Part shown: positions 31,675 to 44,291 of the stretch, in pieces
Position numbering within the stretch: the stretch's first letter is position 1
How the letters are laid out: each line of letters starts with the position of its first letter
From: an uncultured Chloroflexia bacterium
GTDB lineage: Bacteria > Chloroflexota > Limnocylindria > Limnocylindrales > CSP1-4
Length of the DNA stretch: 64,000 nucleotides
Assembly (NCBI GenBank): GCA_963763775.1
Contig: CAVXPZ010000001.1
Coordinates: 640,001 to 704,000, forward strand
Direction: 5' to 3'
Notes under the pieces: generated by a model
Told to the model about the DNA's origin: nothing
Seen by the model: the letters and a program-made list of their open reading frames with translations, nothing else
The model's database searches: none
Translations under genes and position numbers: made by a program

Positions 31675-32779
31675 GCCGACGCCGCGAGGGCCGGGTCGCG
31701 GGCGATCCGGCCGCCACCGAGCACCTGGTCGCCGTCGTAGAGGACCGCCGCCTGGCCCGGCGCCACGGCCCACACCGGCGCGTCCGTGGTGACCGTCCAT
31801 CGCGATGGTCACCGGCGGCCGGTCCACGGTGGCCGGGACCGGGATCGCCGCGGTGGCGGATCCGGACCCGGCGCGGAACGTCGCGGCCGCGGGCGCATCG
31901 CCCGCGACGAACGACGCGCGTTCGAGCTCGACGGTGTGCGTCTCGAGGTCCTCCCGGCGGCCGAGCTGGATGGTGTTCGTCAGCGGGTCGATCCGACTGA
32001 CGTAGCGCGGCTCGCCGAGGGCCACGCCGAGACCCTGCCGCTGGCCGACCGTGTAGCCGGCCGCGCCGTGGTGCTCGCCGACCCGTTCGCCGTCGACGTC
32101 GAGGAGCGGTCCGGGCTCCGCGCACCCATCCGGCTCGCTCGCGGAGCGCGTCGCGGTAGTCGCCGCCCGGGACGAAGCAGATCTCCTGGCTCTCGGGCTT
32201 GTCGGCCGTGGCCAGGCCCAGGTCGCGGGCGACCGCGCGGACCTCGGGCTTGGTGAGCTCGCCGAGCGGGAACCGCGCGTGCTCCAGCTGGTCCTGCCGC
32301 AGGCCGTACAGGAAGTAGGTCTGGTCCTTGTCCTCGTCGACGGGCTCGGCAGGAGCCTCGCCCGGCCGTCGTCGCCGATCGTCGCGGCGCGCGTAGTGGC
32401 CGGTCGCGACCGCCTCGCACTCGTAGAGGTGCCGAGCGCGGCCGAGCAGCGCCCCGAACTTCACGTACGTGTTGCAGTCGACGCACGGGCTCGGCGTCCG
32501 CCCGTCGAGATACGCGTCGAGGAACGGCTGGAGGACGCCGGCGTCGAACTCGCGCTCGAGGTTCATGACGTAGAACGGGATGCCGAGCTGTGCGGCGACG
32601 CGCCGGGCGTCGTCGGCGGCGTCGAGCGAGCAGCAGCTCTTCTTGAACTCGGAGTACGTGTCGGCGACGTCGTGGAGGCGCATCCAGACGCCGACCACCT
32701 CGTGCCCCTGCTCGTGCAGCAGCGCCGCCGCGACCGAGGAGTCCACCCCGCCCGACATCGCCACGAGGACCCGGCTCAC
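31671..32779 (-). CDS. mnmA: tRNA 2-thiouridylase (several frameshifts in 3' half)
   Basis: [41 protein letters not shown]; C-terminal [18 protein letters not shown]. Confidence 0.92.
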
Positions 32780-33960
32780 GCGGGGACGCCCTGCCCGAGC
32801 GGGTCCGCGGCGACCATCGCGGCGCCGACCCGCATCGAGGCGACGACCCGCGGCACGATCTCGCACGCGGTGGCGATGTCCTCCTCGGTCGTCGTCCGGC
32901 CGAGTGAGAGACGGAGGGCGCCGCGCGCCTCTTCGTCGGGGTAGCCCATCGCCGTCAGGACGTGGCTCACTTCGGTCGAGCCCGTCGTGCAGGCGCTGCC
33001 GACCGAGGCGGCGATGCCCTCGAGGTCAAGCGAGAGCGCGACCGCCGAGCCGTCGATGTCGCGCGCGACCATGGAGAAGTGGCCGGGCAGGCGATCCTTC
33101 GGGTGGCCGGTCCACTCGGTGCCGGGGATGGCCAGGACGGCCTTGGCGAGGCGATCGCGAAGCCTTCGCAGACGCGCGGCGGTCTCCGGGCGCTCGGCGC
33201 CCGCGAGCTCGAACGCCATCGCGAGCCCGACGGCGCCGGCCACGTCCTCGGTGCCGGCCCGGCGGTGCCGCTCCTGGGTGCCGCCCTGCTGCTGCGCGAG
33301 GATGTGCGTCCCGTGCCGCACGTACAGCGCCCCGACCCCCTTGGGACCCTCGAACTTGTGCGCGCTGATCGACAGGAGGTCCACGCCGAGCTCGTCGACG
33401 TCGAGGTCGAGGTATGGGGCCGCCTGGACGGCGTCGACGTGGAGCACGACGCCCTTGTGTGCCCGCACCCGCTTGGCGATCTCCGCGACCGGCTGGATCG
33501 TCCCCACCTCGTTGTTGGCGAGCATCACGGACACGAGGGTCGTGCGATCGGTGATCGCCGCGTCGACCTGGTCGGGATCGACGCGCCCATAGCGGTCGAC
33601 CGGCACCTCGACGACCTCGAAGCCGAACTTCTCGAGGTAGCGAAGCGTGTGCCCGACCGCGTGGTGCTCCACCGACGACGTCACGATCCGGTGGCCGCGG
33701 GCCTTGCCGGCCCACGCCGCGCCCTTGAGCGCGAGGTTGTTCGCCTCGGTCCCGCCGGAGGTGAGCACGATCTCGCGGGCTTCGGCGCCGAGCCGTCGCG
33801 CGATGCGCAGGTGCGCGTCGTCGAGGGCGGCGCGGGCCGCGCGACCGTAGGTATGGGCCGAACTCGGGTTCCCGAACGTGCCCGTCAGGTACGGCAGCAT
33901 GGCGTCGAGGACCTCGCGGCGCAGCGGGGTCGTGGCCGCGTGATCGAGGTAGATCGGCAT
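32776..33960 (-). CDS. iscS: Cysteine desulfurase, IscS/NifS group
   Basis: [39 protein letters not shown]. Confidence 0.92.
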   Translation of the reverse strand: MPIYLDHAATTPLRREVLDAMLPYLTGTFGNPSSAHTYGRAARAALDDAHLRIARRLGAEAREIVLTSGGTEANNLALKGAAWAGKARGHRIVTSSVEHHAVGHTLRYLEKFGFEVVEVPVDRYGRVDPDQVDAAITDRTTLVSVMLANNEVGTIQPVAEIAKRVRAHKGVVLHVDAVQAAPYLDLDVDELGVDLLSISAHKFEGPKGVGALYVRHGTHILAQQQGGTQERHRRAGTEDVAGAVGLAMAFELAGAERPETAARLRRLRDRLAKAVLAIPGTEWTGHPKDRLPGHFSMVARDIDGSAVALSLDLEGIAASVGSACTTGSTEVSHVLTAMGYPDEEARGALRLSLGRTTTEEDIATACEIVPRVVASMRVGAAMVAADPLGQGVPA

Positions 33961-34101
33961 CGCCGCGATCGTACACCGCCGGGATCGGGTGAGCCCCGGA
34001 GCGACCGTCGTTCGTCCATGCCGGGCGTCGTCATCGGCCGGTGGTCGCGGACCCCTCGTGGGCCGACGATCGGGTCCATCGACCCACACAGGAGTCACCC
34101 G

Positions 34102-34236
34102 ATGCTGCTGCTCATCCTCGCCGCGGTCCTCGTCCCGGTCATCCTGGCCGGCCTGACCTTCGAGACCCTCCATGACCCCAGCTATCGGGGCAGCCAGGTC
34201 AGGTTCACGCCGACCTACCGCGCGTACGGCGCCTAG
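34102..34236 (+). CDS. 44-aa membrane or secreted microprotein
   Basis: AGGAG SD then ATG; MLLLILAAVLVPVILAGLTFETLHDPSYRGSQVRFTPTYRAYGA; GC3-rich. Confidence 0.6.
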   Translation: MLLLILAAVLVPVILAGLTFETLHDPSYRGSQVRFTPTYRAYGA

Positions 34237-34251
34237 CCGAGCGTATGGCGC

Positions 34252-34258
<7 letters not shown>
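34222..34258. repeat. Tandem 18-bp direct repeat at convergent gene junction
   Basis: GCGTACGGCGCCTAGCCG / GCGTATGGCGCCTAGCCG, period 19. Confidence 0.7.
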
Positions 34259-36150
<1,892 letters not shown>

Positions 36151-36265
36151 GGGCGGGCCGCAGTGTCGCACATCGACCGATTCGGCGCGGTCGGCGCGGG
36201 CCGGGGTTTCGCGGTGGCGGCTCGGGTCCGCTGCTGCGCCCGACCTGATCCTCGGATACGAGTCG

Positions 36266-36407
36266 GGGTGGTGCGGGACGGGGCGGGTGTGCCCGGTCGG
36301 CCCGAAACGCGCGGGATTCGCTTGATTCGTCGGCGCCTACCACTCGTACTGCTCCGTGACGAACCGATCGACGATCCGGCGGCCCTTCCGATCGTCCCGT
36401 ACCACCC
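36266..36407. repeat. 142-bp segment bounded by 15-bp inverted repeats
   Basis: GGGTGGTGCGGGACG (36266-36280) vs CGTCCCGTACCACCC (36393-36407), 14/15 complementary. Confidence 0.55.
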
Positions 36408-36514
36408 GGGCTGGTGGATGACGGCGAGGGCGCGGGATCGGGTCGGCGACACATACTCGCCGGACAGCCGACGTGAGTCCGCGAGTCGAGGCCTCGGCAA
36501 CTTCCGCGCTCCTG

Positions 36515-36677
36515 CAGGAATCCCATTCCTAGATCGTGGGCAAGACGACCACCAACGACCTCCACAGACCTCCCGGCCTCGACGTTCATGCATCCCGCTG
36601 CATCGAACGGCCTGCGAGGCTGGGCGCCGGTACACGTTGTTGCCCTCGGTATCGCAGGTGTAGGAACGAGGTTCCTA
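36515..36677. repeat. Paired palindromic-box element, copy 2
   Basis: CAGGAATCCCATTCCTA (36515-36531) and TAGGAACGAGGTTCCTA (36661-36677), 146 bp start to start. Confidence 0.8.
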
Positions 36678-36745
36678 CGCGGCGAGCCAGCTGCCGCGCG
36701 GCGAGTGCCGCGCGCCTACGCGGCGAGCCAGCTGCCGCGCGGCGA
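36674..36745. repeat. 31-bp perfect direct repeat, period 41
   Basis: CCTACGCGGCGAGCCAGCTGCCGCGCGGCGA at 36674 and 36715. Confidence 0.8.
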
Positions 36746-36826
36746 CGCGGCGAGAGGCGGCACTCCGCGCTGGACTCGGCACGAGGCAGGATGCCATGCG
36801 CATCCTTCCCCTGCTACGCTCCGGGC

Positions 36827-37492
36827 ATGACCGTCGCCGCCGTGATCCTGTCCGCCACCGCCGATGGCGCCGTCGCCGATACGGCCGGACAGCCCCGCGT
36901 CCGCCGCCTCGCCGACCTCGCCTGGGCCGGCGGCGCCCTGCCGATCGTGGTGATCTCGCCGGACCCCGATGGCGCCGTTGCGGCCGCACTCGCCGGCACC
37001 GAGGCGGTGCACGGGCTGCCGGCGCCCGACGCTGACGGACCGGCGGGCCAGATGGCACGCGGCATCGAGGTCGCGGCGTCCGAGGTCCGCGATATCTCCG
37101 CCGCCCTGATCTGGCCGTCGCGGATGGTGTGGGTCGGCCCGGAGACGGTCACCTCGCTCATCGAGGCGCACGGGACGGACGTGGTCGCGATGCTGCGGCC
37201 GACATGGCACGGCGAGCCAGGATGGCCCGTCCTCCTCCCCATCGTGCATCTCGCCGCCCTGCAGGCGACGCCGCCGGACCGGATGCCGCCCGTGATCATC
37301 GAGGCCCTGGCCGCGGAACTCCCGACCCGTCTCGTGGAGCTCGGCGACCCGGGCGTCACACACGACGTCGACACGCCGCAGATCGACCTGCCGGCGTACG
37401 AAGGCCCGCCCGACCCGCCCGCCGGCCACACTCACGAATGGGGCGAGGACGTCGCCGCCGAAGCCGGCCTCCCGGCACCGGACGAGGCGTGA
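36827..37492 (+). CDS. Divergent MocA/MobA-like nucleotidyltransferase-fold protein
   Basis: AAVIL.., PETVTSLIEAH, RPTWHGEPGWPVLL, DPGVTHDVDTP resemble MocA; Gly-rich loop absent. Confidence 0.65.
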   Translation: MTVAAVILSATADGAVADTAGQPRVRRLADLAWAGGALPIVVISPDPDGAVAAALAGTEAVHGLPAPDADGPAGQMARGIEVAASEVRDISAALIWPSRMVWVGPETVTSLIEAHGTDVVAMLRPTWHGEPGWPVLLPIVHLAALQATPPDRMPPVIIEALAAELPTRLVELGDPGVTHDVDTPQIDLPAYEGPPDPPAGHTHEWGEDVAAEAGLPAPDEA

Positions 37493-37541
37493 CCCGAAGG
37501 ACGACCGCCATCCGCCGGCCCGTCCCTCACGAACCGAGGAC

Positions 37542-38315
37542 ATGACCCGCTCCCGCGTCCTCAAGGTCCTCGCCGTCGTCCTCGTCGCGCTCGTGGTCGC
37601 CGGCACCATCGGCTTCCTCTGGTATGCGCAGCCGCAGCCCCTCCTTCCCGAAGCGACGGCCGCCCTCGCGTCGACCGAGGGTGCGACATTCGAACAGGGA
37701 GCGGACGGCCGGCTCACCTTCACGCCGACCGGAACGGCCCCGACGACGGGCCTGATCCTGTATCCGGGCGGCAAGGTCCCGCCCGCTGCCTATGCGCCGG
37801 CGGCGCGAGCGATCGCCGAGCACGGCTATCTCGTCTCGATCGTCCCGGTCCCGTTCAACCTCGCGGTCTTCGGCATCGACGCCGCCGCGGCCGTCATCGC
37901 GGACCATCCCGAGATCGACCACTGGGTCGTGGGTGGTCACTCCCTTGGCGGTGTCATGGCCGCCCAGTTCGCGAGCTCCCACCCGGACGTCGTGGACGGG
38001 CTCCTCCTCTGGGCGGCGTACTCGTCGGCGGACGTCTCGGCGCAGGATCTCGCCGTGGCGTCGGTCTACGGCTCGCTCGATGGCGGCAGGACCTCGTTCT
38101 CGGATCCCGCGAACCTCGCCAAGCTCGGCGCGAACGTGACGACGACGGTCATCGACGGCGGCAACCATGAGCAGATGGGCTGGTACACCGGCCAGCCGAA
38201 CGACCCGCCGGCCGCGATCGACCGTGCGGAGCAGCAGGCCCGACTGGTGGCGGCGAGCGTCGACCTGCTCGAGCAGGTCTCGGGCGGGGCCGATGCGGAG
38301 CTCGCGGCCGCCTGA
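37542..38315 (+). CDS. Membrane-anchored alpha/beta hydrolase
   Basis: YPGGKV, GGHSLGG nucleophile elbow, GSLDG, GGNH. Confidence 0.88.
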   Translation: MTRSRVLKVLAVVLVALVVAGTIGFLWYAQPQPLLPEATAALASTEGATFEQGADGRLTFTPTGTAPTTGLILYPGGKVPPAAYAPAARAIAEHGYLVSIVPVPFNLAVFGIDAAAAVIADHPEIDHWVVGGHSLGGVMAAQFASSHPDVVDGLLLWAAYSSADVSAQDLAVASVYGSLDGGRTSFSDPANLAKLGANVTTTVIDGGNHEQMGWYTGQPNDPPAAIDRAEQQARLVAASVDLLEQVSGGADAELAAA

Positions 38316-38369
38316 CCGCACGTGGGGGCGCTCGGCGGGCGGCGGGCCGCGCCCGACCGCTGACCACGG

Positions 38370-39293
38370 TCAGCCGGCGTGGATCGCCGAGGGCCGGACG
38401 CCGTCGCGGAGCCTCGCGATCGTGCCCGTGGCGAGGGCCAGTCCGACCACCACCAACAGGACGCCGCCGACCTGGCCAACGGACGGTGCCTCGCCCAGCA
38501 GGATGATCGCGAAGACGACGGTCATGACCGGCTGCGCGAGCAGGATCGCCGAGGTGAGCACCGCGGGGAGCCGCGGCAGCGAGACCTGGATCAGCAGGTA
38601 GCCGATCGACTGGCTCGTCACGCCGTAGGCGATGAGGTACGCCTGCGCCGGCCACGTCAGCGACAGGTCCAGGTCGTGGACCGCCAACCCGAACACGCCC
38701 GCGGCGACCATGCAGGTCGCCGTCGCGATCGTGACCGGCCCGGCCGGGCGGGCGTCGGGGCTCGCGCGACGGATGACCAGGAGGTAGCCGGCGTACGCGC
38801 ACGCGGTGATGAGCCCGATGGCCACGCCGATCGGGGCGTTCTCGCCGTACGCCCCGCCCCCGAGGATCCCCGAGATCAGGACGACGCCGAACAGCATGAT
38901 CGGGAGGGCGACGAGGACCTCGCGGCGCGGGCGCTCCCCCCACAGGAGCCAGGCGAGGATCGCGACCACGACGACCTGGAGGTTGCCCATGACCGTGGCG
39001 AGCCCCGCGCCCATGTTGTCCACGACGTAGTGGAACGTCAGCAGGTCCGCCGCGAAGAAGAGCCCCGCCAGCCCGGACAGCCAGATCGTGCGGGCGCTCA
39101 TCCGCCCGCGTTCTCGGTACTCGAACCACGCGGCGAGCGCCAGGAGCGGCAGCCCGTACAGGCATCGGAAGACCACCCCGGTCGACGGACTGACCCCGGA
39201 CCAGCGGTAGAAGATGCCGGAGAAGGCGATGCAGAACGCGCCAAGGAGCGCCGCGGAGCGTGGGAATCCGGCGGCCGTCCGGAGCGGGTTCAC
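38370..39293 (-). CDS. DMT/EamA family transporter
   Basis: About 10 TM helices in two EamA repeats (LWGERP, LLGEAP). Confidence 0.85.
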   Translation of the reverse strand: MNPLRTAAGFPRSAALLGAFCIAFSGIFYRWSGVSPSTGVVFRCLYGLPLLALAAWFEYRERGRMSARTIWLSGLAGLFFAADLLTFHYVVDNMGAGLATVMGNLQVVVVAILAWLLWGERPRREVLVALPIMLFGVVLISGILGGGAYGENAPIGVAIGLITACAYAGYLLVIRRASPDARPAGPVTIATATCMVAAGVFGLAVHDLDLSLTWPAQAYLIAYGVTSQSIGYLLIQVSLPRLPAVLTSAILLAQPVMTVVFAIILLGEAPSVGQVGGVLLVVVGLALATGTIARLRDGVRPSAIHAG

Positions 39294-40204
39294 GCCTCGC
39301 CGACCGGGACCGGGCGGGCCCACCGATCACGGGTGTGGGTCCGGACGAACCCCTCGGACTCGTAGAGACCCAGCGCCCGCTCGTTGCGGCCGTTGACCGA
39401 GAGCGTGACCGTCGTACACGCCCAGCCCGCGCAGGTGGGCTACGCCCCGGCGGAGCAGCTGACGACCGAGGCCGCGGCCCTGCCACTGCCGGATCGATGC
39501 CGATCGTCCAGATCTCGGCCGTCGGCTCGACGCCGTCCGCCGTGAAGCGTGGCTCGCACGCGGCGAACCCGACCAGCCGGTCCGGGTCGGCCGCGTCGGC
39601 GATCAGCAGGAGGTCCTCGTCGCGGCCGTCTTGGTCGACCTCGCTCGCCCGCATCATGTCCACGTCGAGCTGCAGGGGCGTCGCGTGGTCGGCGAACGCC
39701 GCGTTGAACAGCGCGACCCACCGCTCGAGGTCGACGTCGCGCCGGAATGGCGTCGGGACGATGCCGGCCGGCCACACGGGCCTGGGCATCGCCCGCTCGG
39801 CCGGCAGGTCCAGGTCCCACAGCGTCGAGTGATACGCGAAACCCGTCGACCGCAGGAACGCGGCAGCCTCCGCGTCATCCGGGCGCGACACCGAGGATCA
39901 GCGACGCGAGGCCGCGGGCCGACTCGATCACCAGACCCTCGTCGACCAGCCCGCTTGCGATCCCCTGGCGACGCCACGCCGGCTCGACGACGACCATCTT
40001 GAATCCGGGCGAGATGAAACCGACGAGCGAGCCGTCGGCCTCGGCGACGGCCACGGTCCCGACCTCGGCCCGGGTGATGCGCAGCAGCAAGGCCGCCTCG
40101 GGATCCGAGCTGGCGGCGAGGTCGCCTCGCTCGCGGGCGGCCGCGACGAGCATCGCCAGGCCGTCGATGTCGCCGGCGGTCAGCCGGCGGATCCCGACCG
40201 CCAT
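39290..40204 (-). CDS. Tandem-domain GNAT acetyltransferase, MshD-like (frameshifted)
   Basis: VEPAWRRQGIASGL; FNAAFADH..IWTIGIDP; C-terminal LSVNGRNERALGLYESEGF in another frame. Confidence 0.75.
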
Positions 40205-40211
40205 CGAGCGG

Positions 40212-42087
40212 TCAGTCCGCGCGCCGCTCGGGGATGCCGACGAACTGCAGGCCGAGTTCCGCGTACTGGGTCGGCTCGGGCGGGGACGGCGCCTCCAGCA
40301 TCGGGTCGGTGCCCGATTGCGTCTTCGGGAAGGCCATGACCTCGCGGATGTTCGTCTGACTGGCGAAGATCATCGCCCAGCGGTCGATGCCCAGGGCGAT
40401 CCCGCCGTGCGGCGGAGCACCGTACTCGAAGGCGTCGAGGATCGCCCCGAACTTCTCGTGCATGCTCTCGAGCGACTGCCCCTGCAGCCGGAAACTCTGT
40501 TCCAGCAGGTCGCGGCGATGGATCCGGATCGAGCCGCCGCCGAGCTCCCAGCCGTTGAGGGCCACGTCGTATTGGAGCGCGCGAGCGCGGCCCGCCGGGT
40601 CCTCCGGTGACGGGTCCGCCGGGTCGCCCGAGGCGGTCACCAGGAGCGCTTCATCCTCCGGAAGGACGCCACTGAACGGGTTATGCGTGGCGTCCCAGCG
40701 CCGGTTCTCCTCGTCCCACTGGTACATCGGGAAGCGCGTGACCCAGACATAGGCCAGGACGGCCGGGTCGGCAAGGCCGAGGCGGTCGCCCAGCTCCACG
40801 CGCAAGCGTCCGAGCACGTCGGCGGTCAGCGCGGGCGCGTCGGCCACGATCAGGATGAGGTCGCCTTCCGCCGCCATGGTGCGCTCGATGATGGCCCGGA
40901 TCGTCGCATCACCGAGGAACTTGACGATCGGGCCCTTGACCTCGCCACCGGCCTCGAGCGCGAGGTGGGCGAGGCCGCGGGCACCGAAGCGCTTCGCGCG
41001 CTCCGTGAGCTCGTCGATCTCGCGGCGCGTGACGCCGGCCATCCCGGGCGCGACGATCGCCTTGACCCGCCCGCCGGCCGCGAGCGCGCCATCGAAGACC
41101 GTGAACCCGGAAACGCCGGCGCCGTCCGGTCCGACGAGCGCCGGTCCGAGGTCCACGAGTTCCATGCCGAACCGGATGTCGGGCTTGTCGGACCCGAAGC
41201 GCTCGATCGCCTCCTCGTACGTGAACCGCGGGAACGGGACCTGGAGGATCGGGCGCTCCGGCGCCGTGGCGTGGCTCACCTCGATGGCCATGGATTCCAC
41301 GAACCCGGTCACGGTCGCCTCGTCCACGAAGCTCATCTCGAGGTCCAGCTGGGTGAATTCGGGCTGCCGGTCGCCGCGGAGGTCCTCGTCGCGGTAGCAG
41401 CGGGCGATCTGGAAGTAGCGGTCGACGCCCGCGACCATCAGCAGCTGCTTGAGCTGCTGAGGGCTCTGCGGGCAGCGCGTACACGCTCCCGGGCTGGAGC
41501 CGGCTCGGGACGATGAAGTCGCGCGCGCCTTCCGGCGTGCTCTTGATGAGCGTGGGCGTCTCGACCTCGACGAACCCGTTCGCGTGGTGGACCTCGCGGA
41601 TCGCCTGGACCATGCGCGAGCGCAGCAGGAGGCGGTCGGCCATCGGCTGGCGACGGATGTCGAGATAGCGGTGCTTGAGCCGCAGGATCTCGTCGACCGG
41701 GGCGTCCGGCTCGTTGATGTAGAAGGGCGGCGTCTTCGCCTCGGACAGGATCCGGACCTCGGTCGCCTGGACCTCGATCTCGCCGGTCGGCAGGCGCGGG
41801 TTCTCGGTCCCGGCGAGCCGGCGCTCGACGTGCCCGACGACCGCGACGACGAACTCGGTCCGGATCCGGCTGGCCTCCTCGTGGGCGGCCGGCGCGTCCG
41901 CCTTGTCGATCACGACCTGGGTCAGGCCGTAGCGGTCCCGGAGGTCGAGGAAGATGAGCTGGCCATGGTCCCGGCGCCGATGGACCCAGCCGGACAGACG
42001 GACGGTCGCGCCCGCGTCCGCGGCACGGAGCTGACCGCAGGTATGGGTGCGGTAGGGCGTGGCGAGGCTGGGCTGGGGTTCGGTCAT
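40212..42087 (-). CDS. aspS: Aspartate-tRNA ligase (frameshift near 41465)
   Basis: [72 protein letters not shown]. Confidence 0.95.
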
Positions 42088-42143
42088 GGCGGGCGCTATC
42101 GTAGTCGAACCGACCCCTGCCCCGAGTCGAAGCGGAGACGCCC

Positions 42144-42524
42144 GTGCTAGCCGACCGACGCGCGCACACCACTTTGCCGACTTCGGACATCGAGGCGCTG
42201 CGGCCGTTCTACGAGGACGTGCTCGGGTTCACGCCGCGGGCCGTGCTGCCCGGCGCCGTGCTGTACGACGCCGGCGCGGGCAGCCTCTTCGCGATCTCCC
42301 GCTCGGGCGTGCCGGCAGCCGGCTCGCACACGCAGATGGCCTTCACGGTGCCGGACGTCGAGGCCGCCGTGGCCGAGCTCCGGGCACGCGGCGTGGTCTT
42401 CGAGACGTACGAGTCCCCGAAGACCGACGGCGGGATCGCCACGATCGGGCCAGGCCGCGCCGCCTGGTTCAAGGACCCACAGCAGAACCTGCTCGCCGTG
42501 ATCGAGTTCAGCGAGCCGGTCTGA
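42144..42524 (+). CDS. VOC/glyoxalase family protein
   Basis: [35 protein letters not shown]. Confidence 0.85.
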   Translation: MLADRRAHTTLPTSDIEALRPFYEDVLGFTPRAVLPGAVLYDAGAGSLFAISRSGVPAAGSHTQMAFTVPDVEAAVAELRARGVVFETYESPKTDGGIATIGPGRAAWFKDPQQNLLAVIEFSEPV

Positions 42525-42537
42525 GAAGGAGGACCTC

Positions 42538-42900
42538 ATGGGACGTCTGCTCGTCCACATCGCGACCGGACCCGAGAACCCGACGCGGGCGGCGCTCGGC
42601 CTGCTGATCGCCCGGACCGCGCTGGGCGCCGGTCACGACGTCGATCTCTTCATCGCCGGCGATGGCGTGGGCATCCTGCGTCCGGAGACCCTCGACGCGG
42701 CGCACGGCATCGGGACCGGCGCGTTTCGCGAGCACATCGATGCGCTCGTCGCCGGCGGTGCCACGCTGTACGCGTCCGGGATGTCGAGCAAGGCGCGAGG
42801 GTTGACCTTGGACTCCCTCGGCGGCTTGCCCGTCACGCTGGCTCCACCGGACAAGCTCGTGGAGCTCACCTTCGCTGCGGACCGCGCGCTGACCTACTAG
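42538..42900 (+). CDS. DsrE/DsrF-like protein
   Basis: TGPENPTRA..GHDVDLFIAGDGV; AGGAGG SD. Confidence 0.75.
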   Translation: MGRLLVHIATGPENPTRAALGLLIARTALGAGHDVDLFIAGDGVGILRPETLDAAHGIGTGAFREHIDALVAGGATLYASGMSSKARGLTLDSLGGLPVTLAPPDKLVELTFAADRALTY

Positions 42901-42928
42901 CACGGATGGCCGCGCAGCCGGTCCAGGG

Positions 42929-43717
42929 TCAGACCTCGCCCCGGACGGCCCAGGCCCGGGCGACCAAGGAGATGGATCCGTCGGCGGCGGTCGGCAGCGT
43001 CGCCCGAAGCCGATCACGGATCGCGTCCCGCTGATCGACCGGGAGTCGCATCGCGTAGGCCGGTGCTGCACCGACCCCGGACTCGAAGGGCCGCCAGTAG
43101 TCATCGAAGTCGACGAAGACGGTGGGAACGTCGATCGACCACGTGACGACCGAGTCGAACCCGGCCGCCTCGAACGCAGCCCGCAGGCCGTCGGGCGAAC
43201 AGAGCGGGAACCGGGCGCCCTCGTCCTCGTCCGAGGCTCGCGGATCGATGGCGATGGCGGCGTCGAAGAAGCGGCGGATCAGCTCCATCCGGTCCGCATA
43301 GTCCCAGACGTAGGCGGCCACGCGGCCCGCGGGTCGGGTCGCCCGGCGCATCGACCCGAGGCCGGCGGGAAGCTCCGGGATGAAGTTCAGGACGAGTCCG
43401 GCCACGAGGGCGTCGGCACGGCCGGGCTCGACCGGCAGCGACGCCGCGTCGCCGACCTCGAACGTCGCACGCTCATCGGGGACCGCGATGCGGGCCGCGG
43501 CCACGAAGTCGGCCGACGGGTCCACGCCGACGACACTCGCCGGGTCGGCGACGTCGAGGATCGTCGCGGACAAGGCGCCGGTCCCGCAGCCGACATCGAG
43601 CCACCCGGCACCGGCCTCGACGCCGAGCGCCGGGATGAACGACCGCGCGACCAGGCGGCTCCAGCGTCCGACGTAGGCCTCGTAGTCGTGCCCGCCGGAC
43701 CAGCGATCAGTCGTCAT
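42929..43717 (-). CDS. Class I SAM-dependent methyltransferase
   Basis: WLDVGCGTG, GVDPS, GDAASLP, LVLNF. Confidence 0.88.
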   Translation of the reverse strand: MTTDRWSGGHDYEAYVGRWSRLVARSFIPALGVEAGAGWLDVGCGTGALSATILDVADPASVVGVDPSADFVAAARIAVPDERATFEVGDAASLPVEPGRADALVAGLVLNFIPELPAGLGSMRRATRPAGRVAAYVWDYADRMELIRRFFDAAIAIDPRASDEDEGARFPLCSPDGLRAAFEAAGFDSVVTWSIDVPTVFVDFDDYWRPFESGVGAAPAYAMRLPVDQRDAIRDRLRATLPTAADGSISLVARAWAVRGEV

Positions 43718-43724
43718 CGTGCCC

Positions 43725-44129
43725 TCAGGAGACCCAGTCATAGCGGCGGATCAAGTGGCCGTCGAACGCGTCCAGCACGATGATCTCGCCCTGACCCATC
43801 AGCGGCCCCGGGTTGGTCCCGAGGTTGATCTGCCACACCAGGTCGTCTGGTGATGCCGGTGGCGTGGCACCGGGTGCCACGTAGTCGTCGAGGTCGCCGT
43901 ACCGGGTCAGTACGGCCGCAAGGACGTCGTCCGCGCCAGACCGAAGGGCGGCGAGCCGTGCCGCGGCCACGGCCTCCGCGCGGGTCAGGGTGGCTGGGGC
44001 CGTGCTCGGAAACCTCGTCGGGACCGTCGTCGGGGCCGACGCACTCGAGATGACCGAGGCGCCACACCCGCAAGCCACGAGCCCCGCCAGGAGGGCGGCC
44101 AGGATCACGGGCACACGCCGACCCGGCAT
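43725..44129 (-). CDS. Hypothetical lipoprotein
   Basis: Hydrophobic signal with LVAC; PepSY-like end IVLDAFDGHLI. Confidence 0.55.
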   Translation of the reverse strand: MPGRRVPVILAALLAGLVACGCGASVISSASAPTTVPTRFPSTAPATLTRAEAVAAARLAALRSGADDVLAAVLTRYGDLDDYVAPGATPPASPDDLVWQINLGTNPGPLMGQGEIIVLDAFDGHLIRRYDWVS

Positions 44130-44132
44130 CGC

Positions 44133-44291
44133 TCAGTCGCGGCCGCGGAGCAGCGACACCCGGAACGGGCGCAACTCGCCGCGGGCGAAACCGCCAGCGA
44201 TGACGGGGTCCTCGTCCATGATCTCCTCGTCGGTCATGGTGGCGGCGAAGTCGTCGCGCGGCGGGTGGATGAAGGAGATCCACTCAGCCAT
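44133..44291 (-). pseudogene. YciI-family gene with apparent in-frame internal deletion (52 aa)
   Basis: MAEWISFIHPPRDDFAATMTDEE joined directly to IMDEDPVIAGGFARGELRPFRVSLLRGRD; central H and AGP segment missing. Confidence 0.55.

Noticed and set aside
33986-33995. Single CGGGTGAGCC upstream of iscS matching the comM repeat unit
   Set aside because: One copy only, without periodic neighbours; plausible by chance at this GC content
36515-36745. CRISPR array
   Set aside because: Only two boxes per locus with 129-bp spacers, and no cas genes
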